DNA of 64,000 nucleotides from an uncultured Pelagibacteraceae bacterium (GTDB lineage: Bacteria; Pseudomonadota; Alphaproteobacteria; Pelagibacterales; Pelagibacteraceae), in assembly GCA_902630945.1 (NCBI GenBank), contig CACOWV010000001.1, positions 80,196-144,195 on the forward strand, written 5' to 3'. Positions 1-10,265 of this stretch are shown here, in pieces. Every line of letters starts with the position of its first letter. Positions within the stretch are counted from its first letter, which is position 1. Made by a program: the position numbers and the translations under genes. The notes under the pieces were generated by a model. That model was given only the letters and a program-made list of their open reading frames with translations, did no database searches and had not been told where the DNA came from.

Positions 1-827
1 TTGATATCTGTTTGTTCAGCAGAAGATAATTCAATTTTTGCTTTTTCTGCAGCTTCTTTTAATCTTTGAAGGGCTAATTTATCTGATTTTAAATCAATAC
101 CGCTATCTTTTTTAAATTCTGCGATCAAGTAATTTACAATTGAATTGTCAAAATCTTCTCCACCTAAAAAAGTATCACCATTTGTAGATTTTACCTCAAA
201 TACTCCGTCCCCTAATTCAAGAATAGAAACATCAAAAGTTCCTCCGCCTAAATCATATACAGCTATTTTTTTATTTTGTTTTTTATCTAAACCATATGCA
301 AGTGATGCAGCAGTTGGTTCATTAATAATTCTTAGCACTTCAAGGCCAGCTATTTTTCCAGCGTCCTTTGTTGCTTGCCTCTGAGCGTCATTAAAATAAG
401 CAGGAACTGTTATTACTGCTTTAGTTACAGCTTGACCTAAATATTTTTCAGCAGTCTCTTTCATTTTTTGTAAAATAAAAGCTGAAATTTGAGAGGGTGA
501 ATATTTTTCACCTTTCGATTCAATCCAAGCGTCTCCTTTTTCAGAATTTACTATTTTAAAAGGTGCAGCTTCAATATCTTTTTTAACAGTTGGGTCTTCA
601 AAATTTCTTCCAATTAATCTTTTAACTGCAAAAATAGTATTCTCAGGATTAGTAACCGCCTGTCTTTTTGCTGGTTGTCCAATTAACTTATCATTCTCTG
701 TAAATGCTACAACTGAAGGTGTTGTTCTTGCTCCTTCAGCATTTTCTAAAACTTTAGCCTGGCTACCTTCCATAATAGCAACACATGAATTAGTAGTACC
801 TAGGTCGATTCCAATTATTTTGCTCAT
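1..827 (-). CDS. dnaK: Chaperone DnaK (Hsp70), 5' part; runs off the window start
   Basis: Manual translation from ATG at 827 gives [21 protein letters not shown], and the frame contains [13 protein letters not shown] (Hsp70 signatures); downstream of grpE. Confidence 0.98.
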   Translation of the reverse strand, partial: MSKIIGIDLGTTNSCVAIMEGSQAKVLENAEGARTTPSVVAFTENDKLIGQPAKRQAVTNPENTIFAVKRLIGRNFEDPTVKKDIEAAPFKIVNSEKGDAWIESKGEKYSPSQISAFILQKMKETAEKYLGQAVTKAVITVPAYFNDAQRQATKDAGKIAGLEVLRIINEPTAASLAYGLDKKQNKKIAVYDLGGGTFDVSILELGDGVFEVKSTNGDTFLGGEDFDNSIVNYLIAEFKKDSGIDLKSDKLALQRLKEAAEKAKIELSSAEQTDI

Positions 828-859
828 ATTATTTTGTTTTAACTATTTGTACTACTCTC

Positions 860-887
860 ATATAGGAGTTAAATTTCATTCTACAAG
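860..887 (-). promoter_or_regulatory. RpoH (sigma32)-type promoter of dnaK
   Basis: Minus strand reads CTTG-N17-CCTATAT, matching the alphaproteobacterial RpoH consensus, 33 nt upstream of the dnaK ATG. Confidence 0.75.
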
Positions 888-899
888 TTCGTACAAAAA

Positions 900-1541
900 T
901 TATTTATCCTCCAAATTTTCTTTATTTTCCTCATTTTTTTTATCAATATTGTCAGGTTTTTTAGACACACCAACTAAAGAAGGCCTCAACAATCTATCTT
1001 TTATGGTAAAACCCTTTTGTATTTCTTGAATTATTGTTCCAGGTTCTTTTTGACTATCTTCTATCTCCATCATAGCCTGATGCAAATTTGGATCTAATTT
1101 CTTGTTCAAGCTTTCAATTGGTTTAATGTTATTTTTTGTGAATATTGAAATTAGATCTTTGCTAATTATGTCAAAATGTTCAAGTGTTTTATGTAATGCT
1201 TCAGAATTTTTCAGTGACTCATCATTTTCTAAAATTTTCTTTGATCTTTCAAGATTGTCTATTAAGCTTAAGGCTTCCTTCGCAAAATTAAATCCTCCAT
1301 ATTCATAGGCTTCTTCTTTTTCTTTTTCAAATCTCCTTCTCTGATTTTCCATTTCTGCAAAAGTTCTTGCAACTTTATCTTCAAGATCTAAAATTTTTTC
1401 CTCAGGTGTTTTCTCTTCAGGTAACTCCTTTACAGTTTTCTCATTTTCTGAGGTTTGAGTTTTATCTGTTGACTTAACTTTTTCATCTTTATCTTTTGAA
1501 GATGTATTATTTACAGATTGATAGTTTTCTTCTTTTTCCAT
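900..1541 (-). CDS. grpE: Nucleotide exchange factor GrpE
   Basis: AEMENQRRR, LDPNLHQAM and GFTIKDRLLRPSLVGV motifs; next to dnaK. Confidence 0.97.
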   Translation of the reverse strand: MEKEENYQSVNNTSSKDKDEKVKSTDKTQTSENEKTVKELPEEKTPEEKILDLEDKVARTFAEMENQRRRFEKEKEEAYEYGGFNFAKEALSLIDNLERSKKILENDESLKNSEALHKTLEHFDIISKDLISIFTKNNIKPIESLNKKLDPNLHQAMMEIEDSQKEPGTIIQEIQKGFTIKDRLLRPSLVGVSKKPDNIDKKNEENKENLEDK

Positions 1542-1549
1542 GAGTTCTT

Positions 1550-1577
1550 ATATGGTAAGAAAATTAAAAATTTCTAG
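1550..1577 (-). promoter_or_regulatory. Probable RpoH-type promoter of grpE (near-leaderless transcript)
   Basis: Minus strand CTAG-N17-ACCATAT ending 8 nt before the grpE ATG; same spacing as the dnaK promoter. Confidence 0.5.
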
Positions 1578-2180
1578 ATGTTAAATAAAAAAATTAAGAA
1601 ATTGCTTATAGGTACCAATAATAAGGGAAAATTAAGAGAAATAAGAGATTTAATTCCCAAAAAAATCAAAACGTATTCAACTACTGACTTTAATTTAAAA
1701 AGTCCAAAAGAGAATGGAAAAACTTTTAAAGAAAATTCTTTGATTAAATCAAAATATTTTTCAAATAAATCTAATCTGCCTTGTATTGCAGATGACTCGG
1801 GTCTAGAAATAGATCTTTTAAATAAAAAACCTGGTATCTTTTCAGCAAGATGGGGAGGTAAAAATTCAAATTTCAAAAAAGCCATTAAAAGAGTTTATAG
1901 AGAACTTTATAGAAAAGATAAGAATTGGATGAAAAGAAAAATAAAAGGTAGATTTGTTTGTGCTCTATCTATTTGCAATTTAGATAAAAAGATTGGATGT
2001 GTGACTGGAAAAATTGAAGGTCATATCGTATATCCACCAAAAGGAAAAAATGGCTTTGGTTATGATCCAATATTTACACCACTGAATTTTAAAAAGACAT
2101 TTGCTGAAATGAAGCCCTCACAAAAATATAAAATTGACCATAGGTTTAAAGCGTTTAAAAAAATTAAAAAATTTCTTTAA
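1578..2180 (+). CDS. rdgB: Non-canonical purine NTP pyrophosphatase (RdgB/HAM1)
   Basis: TNNKGKLRE, ADDSGLEID, PGIFSARW, GFGYDPIF and terminal DHR motifs. Confidence 0.95.
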   Translation: MLNKKIKKLLIGTNNKGKLREIRDLIPKKIKTYSTTDFNLKSPKENGKTFKENSLIKSKYFSNKSNLPCIADDSGLEIDLLNKKPGIFSARWGGKNSNFKKAIKRVYRELYRKDKNWMKRKIKGRFVCALSICNLDKKIGCVTGKIEGHIVYPPKGKNGFGYDPIFTPLNFKKTFAEMKPSQKYKIDHRFKAFKKIKKFL

Positions 2181-3318
2181 GCTTTCCATCTTTTATTTCA
2201 TAAAGATTAAGTCTATGATAAATCTTGTTATTCTTGATTTCAAAAATTCCTATTTTTCCTTTAAATGAATTTTTCTTTTTAAATAATTTACTTAGATCAG
2301 TAAGATTTTCATTTAAAGATAAATAATAAATAAGCCCCACCAAATCATAACTTAACAATGAAAGATAATTTGGATATTCGTTGAACTCGTTATAAAATTT
2401 TTCTTTAAAATTTTCTAAATTTTTCTTATTAATGGACGGATAGTAAATTGGTTGAATATTTTTTTCATTAAGTAAGCTTTCATCAAACCATTGGTTGAAA
2501 GTTATAAAAAATTTCTTTTTTGGTGAAACATCAGTATATAAAAAAGAAGTTACTACACTTTTTAAGCTTTCATCAAAGTCTGGAATTATAATTGAGTCAA
2601 AATTTACATTACCTATAGTGTATTTTTTTTTGAGCTTCTCAAGTTGCTTTTCTTTGTCTGCAAGATCTGAGTCTTCCACTCTTTTAATTTCATCAAGTAA
2701 ATTTTGTTTTCTTCTTTTGTAATTTGTAATTTTTTCAATTTGAGCAGTAAGTTTAGTAGGTTCTGTGTCATAGACATAATTTTTATAAATTTTAATTTTT
2801 GATTGACTTACAGCTCTTTTGATTTCATTTTCATAATCAAGCTTAGGTGTTAAAAAAATCGTTTTATTTAATTTATTAAGTTCAATAAATTTTTTAATGG
2901 TATTTAATTGTGAGGTGGCATTTACTCCAGAGCTAATAATATTATTTGGCAAATCTAAAGTTTTGTTTGTCAAAGATACAAAAGTAATATCTTGAAGTTC
3001 TTTAAGATAATTTAAGTTTTTAAAAAATACTGGTCCAATTACAATTTTTATACCGTTATTTTTTAAATCTATTGCAGATTTAATAGTTTTATTTGGATCA
3101 GAGCCTGTATCTTTGGGATATATTTCTAATTTATTAGAGTTTATATCTTTCAATGCAATTCTAGTTGATTTAATAATCTGTTGACCAATTTCTTTATCAT
3201 CGCCAGTAAGAGGAACTAATAGACCAATCTTAATCTTTTCTTCTGATGAAAATACGAAACTATTACATGATAAGAAATAAAAAATGATTAAAGATAGAAT
3301 TTTAAAAAATTTATACAT
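2164..3318 (-). CDS. LppC/LpoA-like periplasmic binding-fold protein (PBP activator family)
   Basis: Signal peptide, KIGLLVPLTG, IVIGP, FKGKIGIF; divergent from rsmI as in the lpoA-rsmI locus. Confidence 0.75.
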   Translation of the reverse strand: MYKFFKILSLIIFYFLSCNSFVFSSEEKIKIGLLVPLTGDDKEIGQQIIKSTRIALKDINSNKLEIYPKDTGSDPNKTIKSAIDLKNNGIKIVIGPVFFKNLNYLKELQDITFVSLTNKTLDLPNNIISSGVNATSQLNTIKKFIELNKLNKTIFLTPKLDYENEIKRAVSQSKIKIYKNYVYDTEPTKLTAQIEKITNYKRRKQNLLDEIKRVEDSDLADKEKQLEKLKKKYTIGNVNFDSIIIPDFDESLKSVVTSFLYTDVSPKKKFFITFNQWFDESLLNEKNIQPIYYPSINKKNLENFKEKFYNEFNEYPNYLSLLSYDLVGLIYYLSLNENLTDLSKLFKKKNSFKGKIGIFEIKNNKIYHRLNLYEIKDGKLKEIF

Positions 3319-3351
3319 TTTTCATGATACTATAATATTTTATTTGTAATT

Positions 3352-4215
3352 ATGGATAGAAATTCTGAAACTCTTAACAAAGAATTAAAAAAAGGCCTAT
3401 ATTTGGTATCTACACCAATAGGTAATTTAAATGATATTACTCATAGGGCAGTCGATATTTTGAAAAAATCTGATTTTATATTATGTGAGGATACTAGAAA
3501 TTCAAAGATTCTTCTTAAAAGGTACAATATAAAAACTAAATTGATTTCTAATCATAAATTTAATGAAAAAAAAAATTTACCACGAATAATTGATTTATTA
3601 AAAAGTGGATCAATTATATCTCTCATATCAGATGCAGGCACTCCAAGTATTTCTGATCCAGGTGCTGTTTTGGTTAATGAATGTATTAACAGTAATATTG
3701 ATATTGTTCCTCTGCCAGGCCCATCTTCAGTAATCTCAGCAGTGTCAGTGAGTGGATTTTCTGATAAATTTTTTTTCTATGGTTTTATTCCTGAAAAAAA
3801 AAAAACATTAGTCGATGATTTTGAAGATCTTTCAAAATTAAATTTTACTATAGTATTTTTTGTATCCGCAAAAAAATTTAATAAAATTGTACCGTATATT
3901 AAAAAAAATTTTTCAGGACGAAAAATCCTGATATGTAGAGAAATGACAAAGTATTTTGAAGAATTTTTACGAACAGACGTAGATAAGCTTCATTTTCTTA
4001 ATTTTGAATTAAGGGGAGAATTCACAGTTGTTATATCTGATAACTTATCTAATAAAAAAACTTCGCTAAAATTAGATGAATCAGATAAAAGATTAATTAG
4101 TCAAATGATAAATAAATTATCTGTTAAAGAAATTTCAAATTTAATTAGCCATAAAAAAAAAGTGTCTAAAAAAGAGATTTATAAATATTGTATCGAAATC
4201 AAAAATGAAAAATAA
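3352..4215 (+). CDS. rsmI: 16S rRNA C1402 2'-O-methyltransferase
   Basis: LYLVSTPIGNLNDIT, CEDTR, SDAGTPSISDPG, REMTKYFEE. Confidence 0.96.
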   Translation: MDRNSETLNKELKKGLYLVSTPIGNLNDITHRAVDILKKSDFILCEDTRNSKILLKRYNIKTKLISNHKFNEKKNLPRIIDLLKSGSIISLISDAGTPSISDPGAVLVNECINSNIDIVPLPGPSSVISAVSVSGFSDKFFFYGFIPEKKKTLVDDFEDLSKLNFTIVFFVSAKKFNKIVPYIKKNFSGRKILICREMTKYFEEFLRTDVDKLHFLNFELRGEFTVVISDNLSNKKTSLKLDESDKRLISQMINKLSVKEISNLISHKKKVSKKEIYKYCIEIKNEK

Positions 4216-4798
4216 AATTTTAATTTGTTTATCATTAATGATGATCTTATCCGGATGTGTTGGAGTATCATCAAGTGGAATATTTGGGACTGGAGTAAGT
4301 GTTGCTCTAGACCCAAGGTCAGTAGGAACTCAGATAGATGACTCAATAATGCAAAAAAATTTAAGTGCAAGGATTATTCTTCTAGATAAAAAATATTTAA
4401 TTTCAGTAAATTCGAAAGTATTGGATGGAAGAATTTTTTTAACAGGAAAAGTAGATAATCCTGAGGAAAAACTTAAATTGACAAAAATGGCTTGGGAAAC
4501 AGATGGAGCTAGATCTGTTAGAAATGATATAAAAGTTAAAGAAGAATTTAATTTTAAACAATCTGCTAAGGATATTTTGATTACCTCTCAATTAAGGACT
4601 GCACTAATCTTAAATAAAAACATTAAAGCTACAAATTATCAAATTGATACATATAAAAAGAAAATATATCTCTATGGAATAGCAATAACTTCTGATGAAA
4701 AAAAAGAAGTTATTGAGGAAGCAAAACAAATTTTAGATGTTGAGGATGTTATTGCGAGCATCTTACTTGTAAATGAGTTAAGAATTCAAAAAAATTAG
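4205..4798 (+). CDS. Dual BON-domain lipoprotein (DolP/YraP-like)
   Basis: Lipobox LSGC, DPRSVGTQIDD, two BON repeats. Confidence 0.88.
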   Translation: MKNKILICLSLMMILSGCVGVSSSGIFGTGVSVALDPRSVGTQIDDSIMQKNLSARIILLDKKYLISVNSKVLDGRIFLTGKVDNPEEKLKLTKMAWETDGARSVRNDIKVKEEFNFKQSAKDILITSQLRTALILNKNIKATNYQIDTYKKKIYLYGIAITSDEKKEVIEEAKQILDVEDVIASILLVNELRIQKN

Positions 4799-4799
4799 A

Positions 4800-7085
4800 T
4801 TAATTTTTATTATAATCAATCACGTCAGCCGAATACGCTGCAATAGAAGCTAAATTTAATATTTCTGATGTAGAGCTTCTTAATGGAGCAACTTCAATAG
4901 GCAAACCTAAACCAATTAATAATGGTCCAATTACTTTTGTATCACCCAATGATTTCATCATTTTATATGAGATTGCAGCGCTGTGTTGACCTGGCATAAT
5001 TAGTATATTTGCATTACCAACTATTTTAGAGAATGGATAAAGATCTTTATATTCTTCATTTAAGGCAACATCTGGTTGCATGTCACCATCAAATTCAAAA
5101 TCAACTTTTTTTTCTTTTAATAATTCAACAGCATCTTTTATATGTTTAGTTCTACTTGTTGAGGGTTGACCAAAAGTTGAATGTGATACAAAAGCAACTT
5201 TTGGCTCAAATCCAAATAATCTTACTACACGAGCTGCAGATATTGCCATTTCAGACATTTGTTTTGATGATGGGTACTCATGAACACTTGTATCACCAAC
5301 AAAAATAGTTTTTCCTTTATGTACTACAAGATTTAATCCAAACATTATTTCCCCAGGTCTTACATCCACTACCTGTTTAATCTTTTGAAGGGAAGCACCA
5401 AATCTTCTTGTATTTCCTGTAACAGCTCCATCCGCATCACCACATGCAACCATACATGAAGCCCAAATAACTCTGTCATTCCTAACCAGTCTGTCACAAT
5501 CCCATTCTAAGAGACCCTGTTCTCTTTGAAGTTTTTGGAATAAGTATTTTACATACTTTTCTCTTTTAACTGAATCTTTAGAATTAGTGATTTCAATATC
5601 AAAATTATCATTGTATCCAATCTTTTTTATTTGTTCCTTAATTTTTTCTTTTTTTCCAATTAAAATAGGAGTTCCAAGTTTAGAATTCTTAAATGCTATT
5701 GCAGCTTTTAAAGTATTTTCATCTTCACCATCTGCAAAAACAATCTTTTTCTGATTTTTTTTAATGTAACCATTTATTCCCTGCATAATCGTGACAGTTG
5801 GATCTAATCTTTGTTTAAGTTGTTCTTGATAAATTTCAAAATTTTCAATTTTTTTTCTAGCAACACCAGTTTCCATTGCTGCTTTAGCAACTGCAGATGG
5901 AATTATACTAATTAATCTTGGATCAAAAGTTGATGGAATTATATAGTCCTTCCCATAATGCGGTCTTTCACCCCCCATTGCAGCAACAACTTCATCAGGA
6001 ACATCTTCTCTAGCAAGATTTGCGATTGCATTAGCTGCAGCAACTTTCATTTCTTCATTTATTGTTTTAGACCTTACATCTAAGGCCCCACGAAAAATAT
6101 ATGGAAATCCTATTAAGTTGTTTACTTGATTTGGATAGTCAGATCTGCCAGTTGCGATAATTGCGTCATCGCGCACTTCTTCAATTTCTTCTGGTGTGAT
6201 TTCTGGATCAGGATTCGCACATGCAAATATTATTGGATTTTTTGCCATCTTTTTTACCATTTTTTTTGTCAAAGCTCCTTTTGCAGAAAGCCCCAAAAAC
6301 ACATCTGCATCTTTAATAGCATCATCTAATGTTCTATTTTTGGTTTCAATTGCATGACTTGATTTCCATTGATTCAAATTTTTCCTTCCTCTGTAAATAA
6401 CTCCAGTTCGATCAACCATTGTAATATTTTTTTGGGGAACCCCGCTCTTTTTGAATAAGTTAGCACACGCCATAGCTGAAGCTCCAGCACCATTTATTAC
6501 AATTTTAATTTTATCTATTAATTTTTTATTTATATCTAAAGCGTTTATCAAAGCAGCCGTGGTGATGATTGCTGTACCATGTTGATCATCATGAAAAACA
6601 GGTATATCTAAAATTTCTTTAAGTTTATCCTCAATTATAAAACAATCAGGAGCAGCAATATCTTCTAAATTTATTCCACCAAAAGATGGAGCAAAATTTT
6701 TGATTGAATTAATTATTTCCTCGGTATTTTTTGAGTCAATTTCAAGATCAATAGAGTCTATATCAGCAAATCTCTTAAATAAAACAGCCTTACCTTCCAT
6801 TACTGGTTTAGAGGCTAGTGCACCTAAATTACCCATACCAAGAATTGCAGAGCCATTACTGATAACAGCCACTAAGTTTCCTTTACTAGTGTAGTCATAA
6901 GCAGCATCTGGATTTTCACTAATTTTTTTTACAGGAACTGCTACACCAGGTGAATATGCTAGCGCAAGATCTCTCTTTGTTGTCATATTTTTAGAGGCTA
7001 CAATCTCGATCTTGCCAGGTTTTTTGTGACTATGAAATTCTAATGCTTCTTTGTCAGTGTAATGATCAATTTTTGTTTTTTTCAT
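4800..7085 (-). CDS. maeB: NADP-dependent malic enzyme with PTA-like C-terminal domain
   Basis: LALAYSPGVA, KPVMEGKAVLFK, FHDDQHGTAI, ATGRSDYPNQVNN; 761 aa. Confidence 0.96.
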   Translation of the reverse strand: MKKTKIDHYTDKEALEFHSHKKPGKIEIVASKNMTTKRDLALAYSPGVAVPVKKISENPDAAYDYTSKGNLVAVISNGSAILGMGNLGALASKPVMEGKAVLFKRFADIDSIDLEIDSKNTEEIINSIKNFAPSFGGINLEDIAAPDCFIIEDKLKEILDIPVFHDDQHGTAIITTAALINALDINKKLIDKIKIVINGAGASAMACANLFKKSGVPQKNITMVDRTGVIYRGRKNLNQWKSSHAIETKNRTLDDAIKDADVFLGLSAKGALTKKMVKKMAKNPIIFACANPDPEITPEEIEEVRDDAIIATGRSDYPNQVNNLIGFPYIFRGALDVRSKTINEEMKVAAANAIANLAREDVPDEVVAAMGGERPHYGKDYIIPSTFDPRLISIIPSAVAKAAMETGVARKKIENFEIYQEQLKQRLDPTVTIMQGINGYIKKNQKKIVFADGEDENTLKAAIAFKNSKLGTPILIGKKEKIKEQIKKIGYNDNFDIEITNSKDSVKREKYVKYLFQKLQREQGLLEWDCDRLVRNDRVIWASCMVACGDADGAVTGNTRRFGASLQKIKQVVDVRPGEIMFGLNLVVHKGKTIFVGDTSVHEYPSSKQMSEMAISAARVVRLFGFEPKVAFVSHSTFGQPSTSRTKHIKDAVELLKEKKVDFEFDGDMQPDVALNEEYKDLYPFSKIVGNANILIMPGQHSAAISYKMMKSLGDTKVIGPLLIGLGLPIEVAPLRSSTSEILNLASIAAYSADVIDYNKN

Positions 7086-7135
7086 TTATGTTAATTAGGT
7101 GTACAAATGGGGTAAAATTAAGACTAATATGATTT

Positions 7136-8665
7136 ATGAATTTAGTTAAGTCAACAGGGACTTTCGGTTTTTATACTATAATCAGCAGATTACTTGGTTA
7201 TTTAAGAGATGTATTGATAGCAATTTTTCTTGGTACAGGTTTTTTGGCAGATGCATTTTTTGTTGCTTTTAGAATTCCAAATACTTTCAGGAGATTATTT
7301 GCTGAAGGCACTTTCAATGCAGCCTTTGTTCCAAGTTATACTTCAGAGCTCATGAAGGGAAAATCTCAATCAAACCTATTTGCAAATCAAATTTTTAATT
7401 TGTTGTTTTTAGGATTGTTAATTTTAGTCCTAATCATTGAAATATTTATGCCATTCTTTGTTGGGCTAATAGCACCAGGATTCAATGAAGATACTAAAAA
7501 AATTGAGCTTGCAATAGACCTGACAAGAATAACTTTTCCATTCCTTATGTTTGTGAGTTTGTCGTCGTTTTTTTCAGCAATATTAAACTCTCATAATAAA
7601 TTTGCGGCAGCGTCTGCTGTACCAATAATCCTTAATATAATATTAATATTTATTCTTATTTTGAGCAGATATTTAAATGATAATCTAGTTTACTATCTCT
7701 CTTATGGTGTTTCAGTAGCAGGTTTTTTACAATTATTATTTTTACATAATTTTGTAAATAAATTTTTTTTAGCAAAATTTAACTTTAATATTAAAATAAC
7801 TAAAAATGTTAAGATTTTTTTTAAAAAGCTTTTGCCCAGTATTTTTTCATCAGGCGTTACTCAAATCAATATTCTTGTTGGAACTATTATAGCTTCATTT
7901 CAAGCAAGTGCAGTTTCATATTTATATTACGCAGACAGAATTTACCAAATAAATCTTGCCATAGCTGGAATAGCTGTTGGAATTGTCGTTTTGCCTCAAC
8001 TTTCTAAGCATATTTATTTAAAAAAAAAAAATAAAATTTTACAAATTCAAAATAAAGCATTGGAATTAAGTTTATTTCTTAGTTTACCAGCTTCATTAGC
8101 ATTACTTATAGGTTCTGAGGAAATTATTTCTGCACTTTTTGGATATGGATCTTTTAGTAAAGAGGCAGTATTTAATTCGGCAAAAGCTTTATATTATTTT
8201 GGTTTAGGCCTGCCTGCATTTGTAATGATAAAAGTTTTCTCAACTTTTTTCTTTGCAAATAATGATACAAAAACACCTTTTTTCATTTCATTAGTTTCTG
8301 TAATTCTCAATATTTTTATAAGTGTTTATTATTTTAAAAGTATCGGTTTTATTATAATCCCAATAGCGACAACCATTTCATCTTGGTTTAACTTATTTCT
8401 CTTATTTACTTTTCTTAAAAATAGAAACTTATTTGAATTTAGTTTAAATTTTTGGGGTAAATCTTTTAAAATAATAGTTGCCTCAATTATAATGGGAATA
8501 TTTTTTAAGTATCTAATATCAGTTTTTGGAGATCAATTAATTTATAGCTATAACTTAAAATCACTTTACTTAATATTTACTGTCTTTTTAAGTCTTATAT
8601 TTTATTTGATATTGTCTTTTTTTATCAAAGCTTTCAAATATAGTGATATAAAAATAAAGTATTAG
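7136..8665 (+). CDS. murJ: Lipid II flippase MurJ (MviN)
   Basis: SRLLGYLRD, ADAFFVAFRIPNTFRRLFAEG, YLYYADR; multi-TM. Confidence 0.96.
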   Translation: MNLVKSTGTFGFYTIISRLLGYLRDVLIAIFLGTGFLADAFFVAFRIPNTFRRLFAEGTFNAAFVPSYTSELMKGKSQSNLFANQIFNLLFLGLLILVLIIEIFMPFFVGLIAPGFNEDTKKIELAIDLTRITFPFLMFVSLSSFFSAILNSHNKFAAASAVPIILNIILIFILILSRYLNDNLVYYLSYGVSVAGFLQLLFLHNFVNKFFLAKFNFNIKITKNVKIFFKKLLPSIFSSGVTQINILVGTIIASFQASAVSYLYYADRIYQINLAIAGIAVGIVVLPQLSKHIYLKKKNKILQIQNKALELSLFLSLPASLALLIGSEEIISALFGYGSFSKEAVFNSAKALYYFGLGLPAFVMIKVFSTFFFANNDTKTPFFISLVSVILNIFISVYYFKSIGFIIIPIATTISSWFNLFLLFTFLKNRNLFEFSLNFWGKSFKIIVASIIMGIFFKYLISVFGDQLIYSYNLKSLYLIFTVFLSLIFYLILSFFIKAFKYSDIKIKY

Positions 8666-8668
8666 ATT

Positions 8669-9670
8669 ATGGAAAAAAAAATTTTTTCAGGGGTCCAACC
8701 AACAGGCAATCTTCACTTAGGCAATTATTTAGGAGCAATTAAAAATTTTGTACAACTAAATAACGATAAAAAAAATAAATGTGTGTTTTGTGTAGTAGAT
8801 CTACATGCTATTACCGTGTATCAAAATCCAAAAGAATTAAAAGATAATATTTTAGAGACTGTGGCAACTTTTATAGCTAGTGGAATCGATCCAAAAAAAA
8901 GTATTATCTTTAATCAATCTCAAGTTAGCGCTCATTCCGAAGCAGCTTGGATTTTAAGTTGTATTGCTAGAATGGGTTGGTTAAATAGAATGACACAATT
9001 CAAGGAAAAAGCCGGTAAAGATAAAGAAAAAGCTAGCATTGGACTTTACTCTTATCCAGTTTTAATGGCTGCCGACATATTGTTATACGACTCAACTCAC
9101 GTTCCAGTGGGCGATGATCAAAAACAACATTTAGAACTCTGCCGTGATATTGCTCAAAGATTCAATAATGATTTTGGAGCAGAAAGTTTTTTTAAAATTC
9201 CAGAACCTCTTATTCAAAAAGAATTTTCTAGAATTATGAGTTTAAAAGATGGAACTAAAAAGATGAGTAAATCGGAAATATCTGACTTAAGTAGGATTAA
9301 TTTAACTGATGGAAAAGATCAAATTATTAACAAAATAAAAAAAGCTAGAACTGACACATTACCAATGCCGTCAAATGTTCAAGAACTTGATAGTAGGCCT
9401 GAGGCGAAAAATTTGATTGGTATTTACTCAAGTTTATGTGGAATTAGTACAGATAACTCAATCCAACAGTTTTCAGGGAAAAATTTTTCACAATTTAAAG
9501 AAATTTTATCTCAAATTTTAATTGAAAAGATTATTCCAATCTCTAGTGAAATAAAAAAATTATTAAATGAACGTGATTACCTAACCAAAATACTTTCTGA
9601 GGGTTGTAAAAAAGCTGATGAAATAGCCTCAAAAAAGATCAAAAAAATTCACGAAATATTAGGTTTTTAA
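8669..9670 (+). CDS. trpS: Tryptophanyl-tRNA synthetase
   Basis: FSGVQPTGNLHLGNYLGA, VPVGDDQKQHLE, KMSKS. Confidence 0.98.
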   Translation: MEKKIFSGVQPTGNLHLGNYLGAIKNFVQLNNDKKNKCVFCVVDLHAITVYQNPKELKDNILETVATFIASGIDPKKSIIFNQSQVSAHSEAAWILSCIARMGWLNRMTQFKEKAGKDKEKASIGLYSYPVLMAADILLYDSTHVPVGDDQKQHLELCRDIAQRFNNDFGAESFFKIPEPLIQKEFSRIMSLKDGTKKMSKSEISDLSRINLTDGKDQIINKIKKARTDTLPMPSNVQELDSRPEAKNLIGIYSSLCGISTDNSIQQFSGKNFSQFKEILSQILIEKIIPISSEIKKLLNERDYLTKILSEGCKKADEIASKKIKKIHEILGF

Positions 9671-9722
9671 GGTTTTTAAATTTACAAGTTTAAATTTTAT
9701 AATTATTGACTATATATAAATT

Positions 9723-10262
9723 ATGTTCGTTCAAACTGAAGTTACCCCAAATCCAAACTCGTTAAAATTTTTACCTGGAAAAATTGTATCAAATTGTGGC
9801 TCTTTTGAAATTACAAAAAAAGATAATATACAAAATGAATTAATCAAAAATATACTTTATATAAATGGAGTTGAAGGAATTTTTTTAAGTAAAGATTTTT
9901 TATCTGTCAATAAGTATGATGAAGTATCTTGGGATGAAATAAAACATATTATCATATCACTAATAAATGATTATTACTCAACTGGTAAAGAATTTGTTAT
10001 AAACAAAGATCTAAAAGAGACTAACGAAGATTTAAATGAAATTGAAAAAAAAATAATTAGTATTTTAGATCAAAAAATAAGGCCAGCAGTTGCAAAAGAT
10101 GGAGGTGACATTAAGTTTAAAGAATTTAAGGATGGAATTGTAAAAGTACAATTACAAGGAAGTTGCTCTGGGTGTCCCAGTTCTACTATGACTTTAAAAC
10201 AAGGGGTTCAGAATCTTTTATGTCATTATATTCCTGAAGTAAAAGAGGTTGTATCAATTTAA
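9723..10262 (+). CDS. NifU/Nfu-family Fe-S cluster carrier
   Basis: TPNPNSLKF N-terminal domain plus IRPAVAKDGGD...GSCSGCPSS. Confidence 0.93.
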   Translation: MFVQTEVTPNPNSLKFLPGKIVSNCGSFEITKKDNIQNELIKNILYINGVEGIFLSKDFLSVNKYDEVSWDEIKHIIISLINDYYSTGKEFVINKDLKETNEDLNEIEKKIISILDQKIRPAVAKDGGDIKFKEFKDGIVKVQLQGSCSGCPSSTMTLKQGVQNLLCHYIPEVKEVVSI

Positions 10263-10265
10263 ATT